NCBI GenBank assembly: GCA_051546255.1
Contig: CP128816.1
Span: 124,001 to 188,000, forward strand
Source of the DNA: Meyerozyma guilliermondii
Taxonomy: Eukaryota
Length of the DNA stretch: 64,000 nt
Reading direction: 5' to 3'
Shown: piece after piece, positions 1-9,113 of the stretch
Position numbering within the stretch: the first letter of the stretch is position 1
Layout of the letters: each line of letters starts with the position of its first letter
The notes under the pieces: model-generated
What the model was told of the DNA's origin: nothing
The model's database searches: none
What the model saw: the letters and a program-made list of their open reading frames with translations, nothing else
Position numbers and translations under genes: made by a program

Positions 1-644
1 GGAATGATCTCGTCTTTGAACTTACCGTCAGCCACGGCCTTGACGGCCTTTTGGTACGAGGCAGCAGCGAACGCATCCTGCTTTGTTCTTGGAATGCTGT
101 ACTTTTCCGCCACGTTTTCGTTGGTGATACCCATAGGAATCATACACTTGGCCATTCCGTCCTCTTCAGCCAAATGTGAGTCCACCTTGGGAAGAGCGCC
201 GGCACCATAGTTGGAGGACATGGACTCCACACCTCCAGCGAGACCACAGTCGATTTCTCCACACTTGATCTTGTTGGCAATGTCGGAAATAGCCATCAAA
301 CCTGAAGAACATTGTCTGTTGATGGCAACAAAAGCTGCCTTGTTGGGAATTCCAGCAGCCAACGAAGCACCTCTGTGCTCGGAAGCACCAGCAGCACGGT
401 TCAAAACGTTACCAATGGCCACGTCTTCAATCAAGTTCACGTCAATTTTGGTCTTGGCCAAAAATCCCTTGATAAGTTGTGCCAAAAGATAGTCGGAACC
501 AACATCTTTGAAACCACCTTTTCCACCTTTGGTCAAAGCGGTTCTATAAGCAGCCACTACAACCACATCATCTGGGTTCTTCTCTAATACCGCCTGTTTG
601 GAGGAAGGAGACAACTGGCCTGCAAGTTGATTTAATCTGTCCAT
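1..644 (-). CDS. POT1: Peroxisomal 3-ketoacyl-CoA thiolase (5' part; runs off window start)
   Basis: Read manually on the minus strand from ATG at 644: MDRLNQLAGQLSPSSKQAVLEKNPDDVVVVAAYRTALTKGGKGGFKD..., with N-terminal PTS2 (RL-x5-QL) and the thiolase NRQCSSG active-site region. Absent from the ORF track because it has no stop inside the window. Confidence 0.93.
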   Translation of the reverse strand, partial: MDRLNQLAGQLSPSSKQAVLEKNPDDVVVVAAYRTALTKGGKGGFKDVGSDYLLAQLIKGFLAKTKIDVNLIEDVAIGNVLNRAAGASEHRGASLAAGIPNKAAFVAINRQCSSGLMAISDIANKIKCGEIDCGLAGGVESMSSNYGAGALPKVDSHLAEEDGMAKCMIPMGITNENVAEKYSIPRTKQDAFAAASYQKAVKAVADGKFKDEII

Positions 645-749
645 TCTATGAAAAGTGAATAAATATGAAAAATATTTGGTGATGACGCTGCTTATATATT
701 TGCCGTCACAGGCTCACTCCGCATTTCGGTGCCGCGGGTGCCATGTGAA

Positions 750-1006
750 CCGAGGATGCGGGGGCACACACGACCGATAGAACAGGAATGGAGAGAAATA
801 GAGAAGAAAAAAAGAAGGAAAGGAGGAAAAGTATTAGGGTGTTTTGGAGTGTTCAGTGTTCTAAGTGTTCATAAGTGTATTAGAGTATCGTGCACGATTA
901 CACAATTTCCTAATTAATTCTTGCTACTGTCTTCTGTTACCCCGGATCCTGCACCCGTCCACGGGTAATGGTGTTGGGTGTGCAGGATGTCAGTTGGTGG
1001 CCTCGG
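750..1006. promoter_or_regulatory. Two CCTCGG (FarA/Ctf1-type fatty-acid response) motifs upstream of POT1
   Basis: CCGAGG at 750-755 and CCTCGG at 1001-1006, plus a GCGGGG Mig1-like site at about 758. CCTCGG is the established FarA/Ctf1 site in fungal beta-oxidation promoters. Confidence 0.5.
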
Positions 1007-1205
1007 GTAGGTGGGAGGTGGGGCAAAGGTGCAGGTACCGAGCTGGAACGGCTCAACACTGATAAAGAAATTTCAGTTCCCTCACTTATTTCTTTCTCGC
1101 TTGTCACTCATTTCTAGTCTTCGTTCTCACCCAATTCTCACTAAATTCTCTGTTTCTCTTTTTCCTCTCCTTTCGTTTTCTCCTTAATTCACTAATCTCT
1201 TTCTT

Positions 1206-1676
1206 TTAATCCTCCCTCTCAAAAGAAAATATCCCTATAAACGGATCGATCTTGTCCGGACGTCCCTCGGGACATCTTCCCGTAAACACAAGCGTGGGTA
1301 TTTCCTCCTCTTCATATGTATTTTCTCCACCAGCACCAACCAGTGCTTTGAGTGCCGCTTCGTCAAAACCCTCTTTCTTTGTTTCTCCACCATTGGAATC
1401 GCTCGAAAGTGTAAATATCTTTGTAAAGTCGATCCTGAGCGTGTTATTTTCCTCCACGGCAACATAGAGTTTATATTTCTGGTTTATCAAGTCTTTGGAG
1501 TCATTGTAGTGTATCAAGCCCTTGGTGGAACCCGTAATTAATCCCATAGTGGAGCCTATTCCCATGATGTTCGTGCCCTTTATTTTAATGTACACCCCCG
1601 ATAACCCAAACGGTGAGCAATGGATCTCCAAATCGCACTCATTGGCGTACTGGAAATCGACCTGATTATCACTCAT
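1206..1676 (-). CDS. Small hypothetical all-beta protein (possible Vap-like beta-barrel)
   Basis: 156-aa ATG-initiated ORF with alternating hydrophobic beta-strand pattern and AT-rich flanks; no family recognised with certainty. Confidence 0.7.
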   Translation of the reverse strand: MSDNQVDFQYANECDLEIHCSPFGLSGVYIKIKGTNIMGIGSTMGLITGSTKGLIHYNDSKDLINQKYKLYVAVEENNTLRIDFTKIFTLSSDSNGGETKKEGFDEAALKALVGAGGENTYEEEEIPTLVFTGRCPEGRPDKIDPFIGIFSFERED

Positions 1677-2208
1677 GATGAAGAAGCTCCCGCCGCGTCA
1701 TCGGTTTGGGGGTGTGTGCAGGAGGTTGCAATACAAAAATACGAAAATGCTAAAAATACCCCTACTGTAAGTAAAGAAGAAAGAGTGATGTAATAACTTT
1801 TTAGAATAAGAGACTTGGACCGGCTTGGTGCAATAGTTTATTCAAATTAATATGAAATTTTAGGTGGTCAATAGTGAGAAGCCATGAGCAAATGGGTGCA
1901 AATTACGACAATTTTATCACAATTTAATCACAACGATTTGTCACAACATTCTGTCAATGTGACTCATAAATAGAGAACGGTTTAGAAAAGAGAGAACGTT
2001 CAAGCGAAAAAAGGGGCATTCATAAAATTATTGACAAAGTTGAATTATGAGTGGTGATTTTATGTGAGAATATGAAAGCAATGAGATTATAAGATAGAGA
2101 TGAATTGTAAAGATGACGATGAAAGTCATTGTGAGCAAACTCTTTCAATACAAAGAATGGTGAAAAGCGACTTTCAATTGAAATCATAAAAGTGAACGAA
2201 ATCCATTC

Positions 2209-3582
2209 TTATACAACTATCGCCCTTAAGGCTTGACTTCCTTCCCCTCTCTCCTTTCCAACACATCTTCTCCACTCGTCGAAATCTACCGGATCCATGC
2301 ATAAATACCCAAGATGAACATATAACCAGTTGATCACACATATCAAAGTTTTTTGCTGCGGTCCACAGTCTCCAGCATTACGATAGTTTCGTTCAATATT
2401 CTTTTCCACAGCCAAAACTTGCTTGTGAATCTTGTTGGCTTCGTGGATGTCTTTGTAGCTTATAAGTAGGTTTTTGGTAAAGTTAGGCGGCATCAGCAAA
2501 GTAGCTTCATGCTTGGGGTAGTCGCTAGGAACATGTAGAAACACCTCTACCTTTCCATGTTTCTGCCACGCCGAAGGAATATGGTCCTTTTGCATAGGTA
2601 TTGGAAGAATGACTTTGTACTTGTTCTCTAGAGCCGATTTCTTGAAAACTTTCACCGTTTCTCGTCCAAATTTGTCGTTCATTTCTTGTATAAGTCGGGC
2701 CCGTTCTTTGGCAACTTCAGAGGAGACAGAGGAAACAGAAGCCACGGACAAGTTGTCCACAGGTTCAGACTCCAATGGCTTAGACTCCGGCTTTTGGGTT
2801 TGTTTCTGGGCTGACGGAGTAGGTTCTACTGAAGGACTACTACTCTTTTCTCGTTTCTTACTCTTGACGAATTTGATAGTTTCCTTCTTCTCTTGTTTCA
2901 AAAAAAGCTCCAAATACTTGTCGAGTGTCTTGATTTGTGACAAGAGACCTTTTCCTTCGACGAGCTGAATTTCTTCATCTTCAACACCCATGGCCGCGGC
3001 TGCAATTCTTCTGAACCCAATCTCCAAATTCACCGCAAATCCTCTTGGAATGTCGTCGTTCAACACGTATATGGAGGAACGTGCCTCCTTGGAGTAGGGA
3101 TACTTTGGGGGTATGCTGAGACTAATTTTGACCATTTCTACATTGTATGGAAAATCGGGGTCTGAAGGTGCGAATTGAAAAGAAAGATGGATTGGTTGAT
3201 CTGGCTGCGATGTGATGAATTTCAAGATGTAGTCTTCCACGTAGTTTTGAGATGACTCCTTGTTTATGTTTTCATCCGCTTGAGCTCGTTTCTGGATAAT
3301 TTCAGGCGGAATTCCATTGACCGTGAGTGGCTCGATAAAACGAATGAGCTTCTTTACTTCGAGGTACTTGTAGTCCTTTGCCGGGTCTCTCACCTTTGGT
3401 TTCTTTGCTTGCTTCAAGGAACGTTTTGGAGGTTTCAGGCCGTTTCGTTCCTTCGAGTTGGAATTGGCCTCTGACGTTTTTGACGATTTTGTGGCCCCAT
3501 TTCTCTTTCTCGGCCGCAGCCTCTTGGGCTGTGTAGTGCCACCCTCTGGCTTTGAGCCGTGGTTTTCTTGAGCTTCTGGCAT
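2209..3582 (-). CDS. Conserved fungal hypothetical protein with two RWD/UBC-like modules
   Basis: 457-aa ORF with a basic N-terminus; motifs FAPSDPDFPY...LSIPPKYP and LHVPSDYP resemble the RWD/UBC-fold P-x-x-YP signature. Confidence 0.75.
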   Translation of the reverse strand: MPEAQENHGSKPEGGTTQPKRLRPRKRNGATKSSKTSEANSNSKERNGLKPPKRSLKQAKKPKVRDPAKDYKYLEVKKLIRFIEPLTVNGIPPEIIQKRAQADENINKESSQNYVEDYILKFITSQPDQPIHLSFQFAPSDPDFPYNVEMVKISLSIPPKYPYSKEARSSIYVLNDDIPRGFAVNLEIGFRRIAAAAMGVEDEEIQLVEGKGLLSQIKTLDKYLELFLKQEKKETIKFVKSKKREKSSSPSVEPTPSAQKQTQKPESKPLESEPVDNLSVASVSSVSSEVAKERARLIQEMNDKFGRETVKVFKKSALENKYKVILPIPMQKDHIPSAWQKHGKVEVFLHVPSDYPKHEATLLMPPNFTKNLLISYKDIHEANKIHKQVLAVEKNIERNYRNAGDCGPQQKTLICVINWLYVHLGYLCMDPVDFDEWRRCVGKERGEGSQALRAIVV

Positions 3583-3714
3583 GAAGAATAATAAAAGAAA
3601 AGAGACTGGTCAATATCCCAAAATGAGATTTAGTCAAAATCAAAATGAGTAATTCTGCGCGATGATGCGTAAACTGTAACTTGCATTGACACATTTTAGC
3701 GCATAATTTTGAGC

Positions 3715-4611
3715 ATGATAAAGGAAATTAGCCTCGTGGCTGTGACCCCGAAATACGTGGTGGTCAACAAACCGTCGGGAGTTCAATGCCACGGAACGAG
3801 AAACTACAAGCAGTTTCTTCAGCCCCAACTTTACAAGCATCTCAAAAATTATTTTGCAGATTCGCAGCAAAAGCAAACCAAACTAGACCCCAATGAGTTC
3901 AAAATCGTCCAAAGACTAGACAAATATACCTCAGGTGGATTGGTGGTTGGTAGGGGAAACTATGGTCGAGTTTTAGCTGATTCGTTAGCGGGCCGCAAGT
4001 CCACGGTGCTGATAACCAGACGATATGTGGGTATACTACCACTCGAAAAACCTGCTAGCAGCATCTTGGAGGAGCTAGAAGAGGTGGAAGCGACAGATAA
4101 TGGCTGGCTGGGACACATAAGGTACAATATCGAGGCATTGGCTCGAGATTATAATAACTCCAACACCATGAGACCAACGATATCATACTCTGCTCACACC
4201 AAATTCAATCTTATAAACACACCTTTGACTCCTGAAAAACTGCAAAACGAAAAGTATCCAGGCTTGTACAAAAACAAGACCCTCTACCCAATAGTATTCG
4301 AATTGGTGACAGGAAGAAAAAACCAGATCAGAGACCATGTAACCCAAGCCTTCAGTACCACTTTGCTCAACGACGATAAATTTTCCGAATTCAAGATGGT
4401 TTCCTCCAAAACCACGGAAAAATCACAAAAAAATCCAAACAGCGAACTTTTTACCAGTAATCAAATTGGACTTCACAGCGGTTACATCAGAGTAGGAAAC
4501 GAACACTACATGATACCCGTCCCAAACTGCGACTGTGAGCTCTGGAGCGGGTTTCTAGACTCGTTGTGGTTCAAAAAAGAAATTGCAAAAACGCTTCGCT
4601 ACGGGTGGTAA
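3715..4611 (+). CDS. PUS5: RluA-family (mitochondrial rRNA) pseudouridine synthase
   Basis: VVVNKPSG, QRLDKYTSGG (catalytic Asp), RRYVG and ELVTGRKNQIR motifs; ATG at 3715. Confidence 0.88.
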   Translation: MIKEISLVAVTPKYVVVNKPSGVQCHGTRNYKQFLQPQLYKHLKNYFADSQQKQTKLDPNEFKIVQRLDKYTSGGLVVGRGNYGRVLADSLAGRKSTVLITRRYVGILPLEKPASSILEELEEVEATDNGWLGHIRYNIEALARDYNNSNTMRPTISYSAHTKFNLINTPLTPEKLQNEKYPGLYKNKTLYPIVFELVTGRKNQIRDHVTQAFSTTLLNDDKFSEFKMVSSKTTEKSQKNPNSELFTSNQIGLHSGYIRVGNEHYMIPVPNCDCELWSGFLDSLWFKKEIAKTLRYGW

Positions 4612-4839
4612 TCGCTCCGTTTCATCAACCTTTCATGAACTTGCAGCCGTTCCAATAACTTGCACCCCATTCTTCATATCCTGCATACAGCCTTATCATC
4701 ACCTGCATCTGGTCGCGCGGGGGAGATTAATTCTTATCGTGACGGAGTTCATTTTACACTACCACTACATTTACGCCACACTTTGTTAGCAAACGAACAT
4801 ATATAACCGTTGATATTTACTCCCCCGTACCAAATCACC

Positions 4840-6360
4840 ATGAAATACTCCTCAGAGGTCCCTGATTCTACACCAGCCGTTCTGGGGACGCGGTCCACTT
4901 CGCAGTCGTACCGCAAACTTCTTGCCTCCCATCTGTCTATTTATAATGCACTCAACGACCCCGAACTCAACCAGGGGGTTCAAAACGACACCGATCAGGA
5001 ATCTCATGGCTTAAAATCCCTCAAAGTGACGCCGATCCCCGAATACGATATCCACTTCCCGGAAGCAAAGCTCCCTTCCAGGGTCCCTACACCCGAACTC
5101 CAGTTTTCGTGGCAACTGCTTAGCAATGAATCTGTTTACCGAGATGCTCGTGTGCTCAAAAAGCCGTCGTCTTCGATCTTGTCTTCTACAACTGACGACA
5201 AGGATGAGTCCATGGTAGTAGTTTCCCGCAACGGGGGCAGCCCCAGCTTTGGAGGAGTGATGGTATTCGAAACAGACGAAGAGGACCCGCTGGACGGAGA
5301 GCCTGAGTTTTTGCCGAACCAAAAGTCTTTTGTGATGCCAAAGATGCGGTTATCTGAGCAGCAGATACTAGATATCGTTGTGCTCAGTAACTCGCATGGC
5401 GCGGAATGCGAAGCATTGGTAGATCGAATCAAGAACGATTTGGCCACTACAAAGATGTCTATCGCCAATTTGCCCGTTTCTAGTGTTAGAGACAGTGCAG
5501 ACTTGTCGCTGGCGTTGCGGCAGGCTGACTTGGTGTTCATGATCAACGACGGATCTCCACTATTCATCAAGTGTCTCGAAACAGTGTTTGACCAACCAGA
5601 CTCCATTTCTGCTCCCAAGCTCACGGTGATAAACATGATGAGTGTCAACTACTTTATCAATCTCTTTGATTTGATTGCGTTCATGCGTCCATTTCAAATA
5701 TGGAAGACTTCCAGCTTGCACCAGCAGAACCTCGTTACCAGAATCGAGGACTACATCCTGCTCGAAAGCCTGACGGATTCACTAGAATGCCAAGGCACTT
5801 CTGGCATAGATTCGATCATGGACCTAAGTGTCACCAGAACTTCTGCACCAAACTATAAGCAGATCGAACGACAAATCCGGCATGAATTGCAAGATTCTGT
5901 CAGCTTATCAAGCTCAGATCCTTTAAGGCTCTCATCGAGCTTTTATCATGTCAATATCCTCTACACCATTATCAAGAAGATGTTTCAAAGTCACAATAAT
6001 CCGTCGAATCCACACGATTCTGGCGACTCAAAGTTGTGGTTATTCTGCAGCTTTGCCTTAGGAATTGGCCTCGGTATCACCTTGGCTGGAAGTGCTGCAA
6101 CAGTCTTTGGGTTTTGCGTTTCCAACGTCATTACGCAGGTGGATGAAAAGCCGGAGATTAAGGGTCTCCTGGCGCATCCAGTTCGCGCCGTGGACGTTGT
6201 CGATGACTGGGTTCAGGGAATTGTAGACTCGCAATTCTGCTGCACAATTACGAGATGGTGGGATAAGTTTTCAGGCAGCATGCAACTCTTCAGTTCGCAC
6301 ATGGTTGAAGCCGTTATTGGCGGCTTTGAAAAGGTGGTGTGCATGGCACAAATGGCTTAA
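4840..6360 (+). CDS. ATG32: Mitophagy receptor
   Basis: Atg8-interacting W-x-x-L at 5110-5121 (SWQSL with CTG=Ser), Atg11-binding-like SILSSTTDDKDE, FVMPK motif, and a single C-terminal TM LWLFCSFALGIGLGITLAG. Confidence 0.75.
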   Translation: MKYSSEVPDSTPAVLGTRSTSQSYRKLLASHLSIYNALNDPELNQGVQNDTDQESHGLKSLKVTPIPEYDIHFPEAKLPSRVPTPELQFSWQLLSNESVYRDARVLKKPSSSILSSTTDDKDESMVVVSRNGGSPSFGGVMVFETDEEDPLDGEPEFLPNQKSFVMPKMRLSEQQILDIVVLSNSHGAECEALVDRIKNDLATTKMSIANLPVSSVRDSADLSLALRQADLVFMINDGSPLFIKCLETVFDQPDSISAPKLTVINMMSVNYFINLFDLIAFMRPFQIWKTSSLHQQNLVTRIEDYILLESLTDSLECQGTSGIDSIMDLSVTRTSAPNYKQIERQIRHELQDSVSLSSSDPLRLSSSFYHVNILYTIIKKMFQSHNNPSNPHDSGDSKLWLFCSFALGIGLGITLAGSAATVFGFCVSNVITQVDEKPEIKGLLAHPVRAVDVVDDWVQGIVDSQFCCTITRWWDKFSGSMQLFSSHMVEAVIGGFEKVVCMAQMA

Positions 6361-6486
6361 TAGAGGCTAGTAGAGTAATGTTGCAGTTTATCGATGTAGG
6401 TGGGAGCGCAGTAGAGTAGGTATAGAAGTACACCCGAGACGGTGGCAGCGTCACAAACCGAAATCAATAAGGCACTAACAAACCAG

Positions 6487-6627
6487 GAAACTAGGCTAAC
6501 AAAAGCCATTGATATTTTTTCGCTTGGGTGTGTTTTTTTCTATGTAATGACCGGTGGGGGCCACCCATTCGGCGATCGGTATATGCGGGAAGCTAATATT
6601 ATCACTGGCGAATACGATCTCAGTCGT
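6487..6627 (+). pseudogene. Isolated fragment of the IRE1 kinase domain (subdomains IX-X)
   Basis: Translation ETRLTKAIDIFSLGCVFFYVMTGGGHPFGDRYMREANIITGEYDLS matches the characteristic Ire1 segment. There is no room for the rest of the gene: ATG32 ends at 6360 and the tRNA starts at 6678. Confidence 0.8.
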
Positions 6628-6677
6628 GTAGTATTCGTCGCCTATGATATCAAATCGGTGGGAAATCTGTCATTATT

Positions 6678-6750
6678 GGGCGTATAGCGTAGTTGGTAGC
6701 GCGTTCGCTTCGCATGCGAAAGGTCTCCGGTTCGACTCCGGATGCGTCCA
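6678..6750 (+). tRNA. tRNA-Ala, anticodon CGC, no intron
   Basis: Cloverleaf: acceptor GGGCGTA/TGCGTCC with G3:U70, anticodon arm TTCGC-TT[CGC]AT-GCGAA, T-arm TCCGG-TTCGACT-CCGGA, discriminator A. Confidence 0.95.
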
Positions 6751-6753
6751 TAA

Positions 6754-6766
6754 TTTTTTTATTTTT
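6754..6766 (+). terminator. RNA polymerase III oligo-T terminator of the tRNA gene
   Basis: T7 run starting 4 nt after the tRNA 3' end, followed by another T run. Confidence 0.8.
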
Positions 6767-7873
6767 CTATTTGGTGAAATCAAACACCACCTTATTGACT
6801 TTATGGGCATCAAAGATGTCAAAGCCGTGTTTTGCATCGTCCACCAGAATCTTGCAATCGATGAAACTCTCAAAATCTTTCTTGAGTTTTTCAAATACTT
6901 CTAATGCCTCATGGAACAATGACCAAGCATGGCATCTTCCAAAGGAGATGTTCACGTTCTTTAAATAGCATTCAAGCCCGGTAAATGGTAGAGAGTCATG
7001 GGGCATACCAATTGAAGAAATAAAACCATTACCACGAACAGAATCATAAGCGGTGCGAAGAGCTTGAGAAGCACCGACTACCTCTAAAACAGCATCAAAT
7101 CCAATTCCTCCGTCTGTATTTTTGGCAATAAAGTCAGCAAGGGCATCAGGTTCGGTCTGGAAGTTGATCGTCTTATAGGCACCCAATCTTTGTGCCTCTT
7201 CGAGTCGTTGCGGAACACTATCAAGACACACAATCTTCTTGAACCCAAAATGCTTCAATGCTCGAAGAGCACAAAGCCCAACGGGACCCAAGCCAAGCTG
7301 GAGAATCGTTGCGTCGCTGATATCCTGTTGGACAGATCCCCTTGCCAGTTCGTTCTTGAAATGGTTAACAATTTTCTTGGCTCCGTAGTAACCGGTGGTG
7401 AAGATGTCTGCCATAAGAACATAGACAGAATCGTCAGTAGAGTCGTTAGATGGTTTTTTGATAAGAGTCGTTTCAGCATAGGGAATACGGACATATTCGG
7501 CTTGTCCACCCGGCAAGCCGGCTTTTCCAAACGTATTTGTCTTGACACATTGCCCCGAGTATCCATGACGACAGTACCAGCAAGAACCACATTGAATAGT
7601 AAAAGTACTGAGCACCTCGTCCCCAACTTCAAAGCTTGAGATCGCTGACCCTTTCTCCACCACCACTCCCATAAATTCGTGTCCTATAATGTTTCCAACA
7701 GGACCCTTAATGTGCCCTCGGTAGGTGTGCAAGTCGGTTCCACACAAGCCTGAATACGTTACTTTCAAGAGCACATCGGTGGGTTCGGTCAATTTGGGGG
7801 TAGGAACAGACACAGTAGCAATGTCGAATGGTCCCTGGAACACAATGGCCTTCATGGATTCTGGAATTGACAT
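6767..7873 (-). CDS. Zinc-dependent medium-chain dehydrogenase (formaldehyde/alcohol dehydrogenase-like)
   Basis: GLCGTDLH, GHEFMG, structural-Zn CGSCWYCRHGYSGQC, GLGPVG Rossmann motif; ATG at 7873. Confidence 0.9.
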   Translation of the reverse strand: MSIPESMKAIVFQGPFDIATVSVPTPKLTEPTDVLLKVTYSGLCGTDLHTYRGHIKGPVGNIIGHEFMGVVVEKGSAISSFEVGDEVLSTFTIQCGSCWYCRHGYSGQCVKTNTFGKAGLPGGQAEYVRIPYAETTLIKKPSNDSTDDSVYVLMADIFTTGYYGAKKIVNHFKNELARGSVQQDISDATILQLGLGPVGLCALRALKHFGFKKIVCLDSVPQRLEEAQRLGAYKTINFQTEPDALADFIAKNTDGGIGFDAVLEVVGASQALRTAYDSVRGNGFISSIGMPHDSLPFTGLECYLKNVNISFGRCHAWSLFHEALEVFEKLKKDFESFIDCKILVDDAKHGFDIFDAHKVNKVVFDFTK

Positions 7874-7981
7874 GGTAAGTGGGAGTGAAATAATTGCGGG
7901 GGAGATTTTCAACCCGATTGCCGAAGTTACACAAAATGGAGTAAGCCACCTTTAACCGGAGTACGAGTCGGCTGCAACGGC

Positions 7982-8875
7982 TTACATGTCCATTGAACTC
8001 CACAGTGCCTTGAATGTTGCTTCTAGTACCCGGAAGTGAAAAAAAAATCGATGCAAATAGTTGTGTGGAATGTAAGCCGCCATATTGACCAGAAGCACTA
8101 TAGGTGGGACAATATACATCACGAATAGTAATGTAGAAACCGCGGAAATGAGCCAGGGAACCTGCGAGAGCGCCCATGAGAGCCATGAGGTGCCATTGAG
8201 CACTTTTCTAGAAATTGTTCTGTCGAATGCAAAAATGAGAGAATCGGTGCTGGGAACACAGATGGTAGTATCGGCCGAACGAGTGCACTTCATATTAAGA
8301 TCGAGCACAATGCTGTTTAAGACCACCTGGGCCATCATCAGCAATGTCGGAAACCTGGTTTCTGGTGGTATACCATAAAATATATCGTCATTATTGTTGA
8401 AAAGCTGCGCTCTCACCGGTGCGACCCATGGGTAACCACTGAATATATATGTCTTTAGATCACTGGTGGTGCTTTCAGAAAACGTTGCCAAGTTTGCCGC
8501 TGTCAAGAGCAGTTGCCCCAAACTGGTAAAGAGCCATCCAAGCGTGAACATAAATAGGGTGGAGACCACTAGGGTGTGGGCCACGCGAGCACAAAATATC
8601 CATAAACGTCCTAGAATTGCCAATGGTCCAATCGACCTTAAATGCCTCCAAATGAGCCGGTACTCCACCACGGGCAAGGTAATGTAGGGAGCCAACCTTA
8701 AGGGCCGAACATACCTGTTTCTGTGTCTCGCTTCGTCAGGTATTCGGAGATGAGCAAGTGCCTGATTTCGACCGTTTTCGCCAGCAGCCACTCGGAGAGC
8801 AGTCACCTCGTTGTAGATATCCACCACCGAGTTCCAGAACCCTGCATCGTCTAACTGGTTGTCCTGGTGATTCAT
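7982..8875 (-). CDS. Hypothetical multi-pass membrane protein (weakly Asi2-like)
   Basis: 297-aa ORF with two hydrophobic blocks; TFSE motif after the first TM region. Confidence 0.7.
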   Translation of the reverse strand: MNHQDNQLDDAGFWNSVVDIYNEVTALRVAAGENGRNQALAHLRIPDEARHRNRYVRPLRLAPYITLPVVEYRLIWRHLRSIGPLAILGRLWIFCARVAHTLVVSTLFMFTLGWLFTSLGQLLLTAANLATFSESTTSDLKTYIFSGYPWVAPVRAQLFNNNDDIFYGIPPETRFPTLLMMAQVVLNSIVLDLNMKCTRSADTTICVPSTDSLIFAFDRTISRKVLNGTSWLSWALSQVPWLISAVSTLLFVMYIVPPIVLLVNMAAYIPHNYLHRFFFHFRVLEATFKALWSSMDM

Positions 8876-9113
8876 GAATGAAGTGAATGAAGTGAGATAG
8901 TGAGAAACGAGAAACGAAAAGTGAGAAAGATTAGATAGTGAGAATTGAAGAATTGAAGAATTTAATAATTTCGCAATTTGCTTTATTTCACGATTTAGAA
9001 GGATTATATGAGTAGTTTACGGTTTGTTCATGGCACTTTCGTGTATTTGACACACTTCCCTTGGTATACTTTTCTTATCTCTTTGGCTGCAATTTCTCTG
9101 CATTCATAGCGAC

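Noticed and set aside
1330..1370. KALVGAxGE match between the 156-aa orphan and IFH1 (about 16905-16930)
   Set aside because: The orphan's L is a CTG codon (Ser in this code) and nucleotide similarity is short; treated as coincidence.
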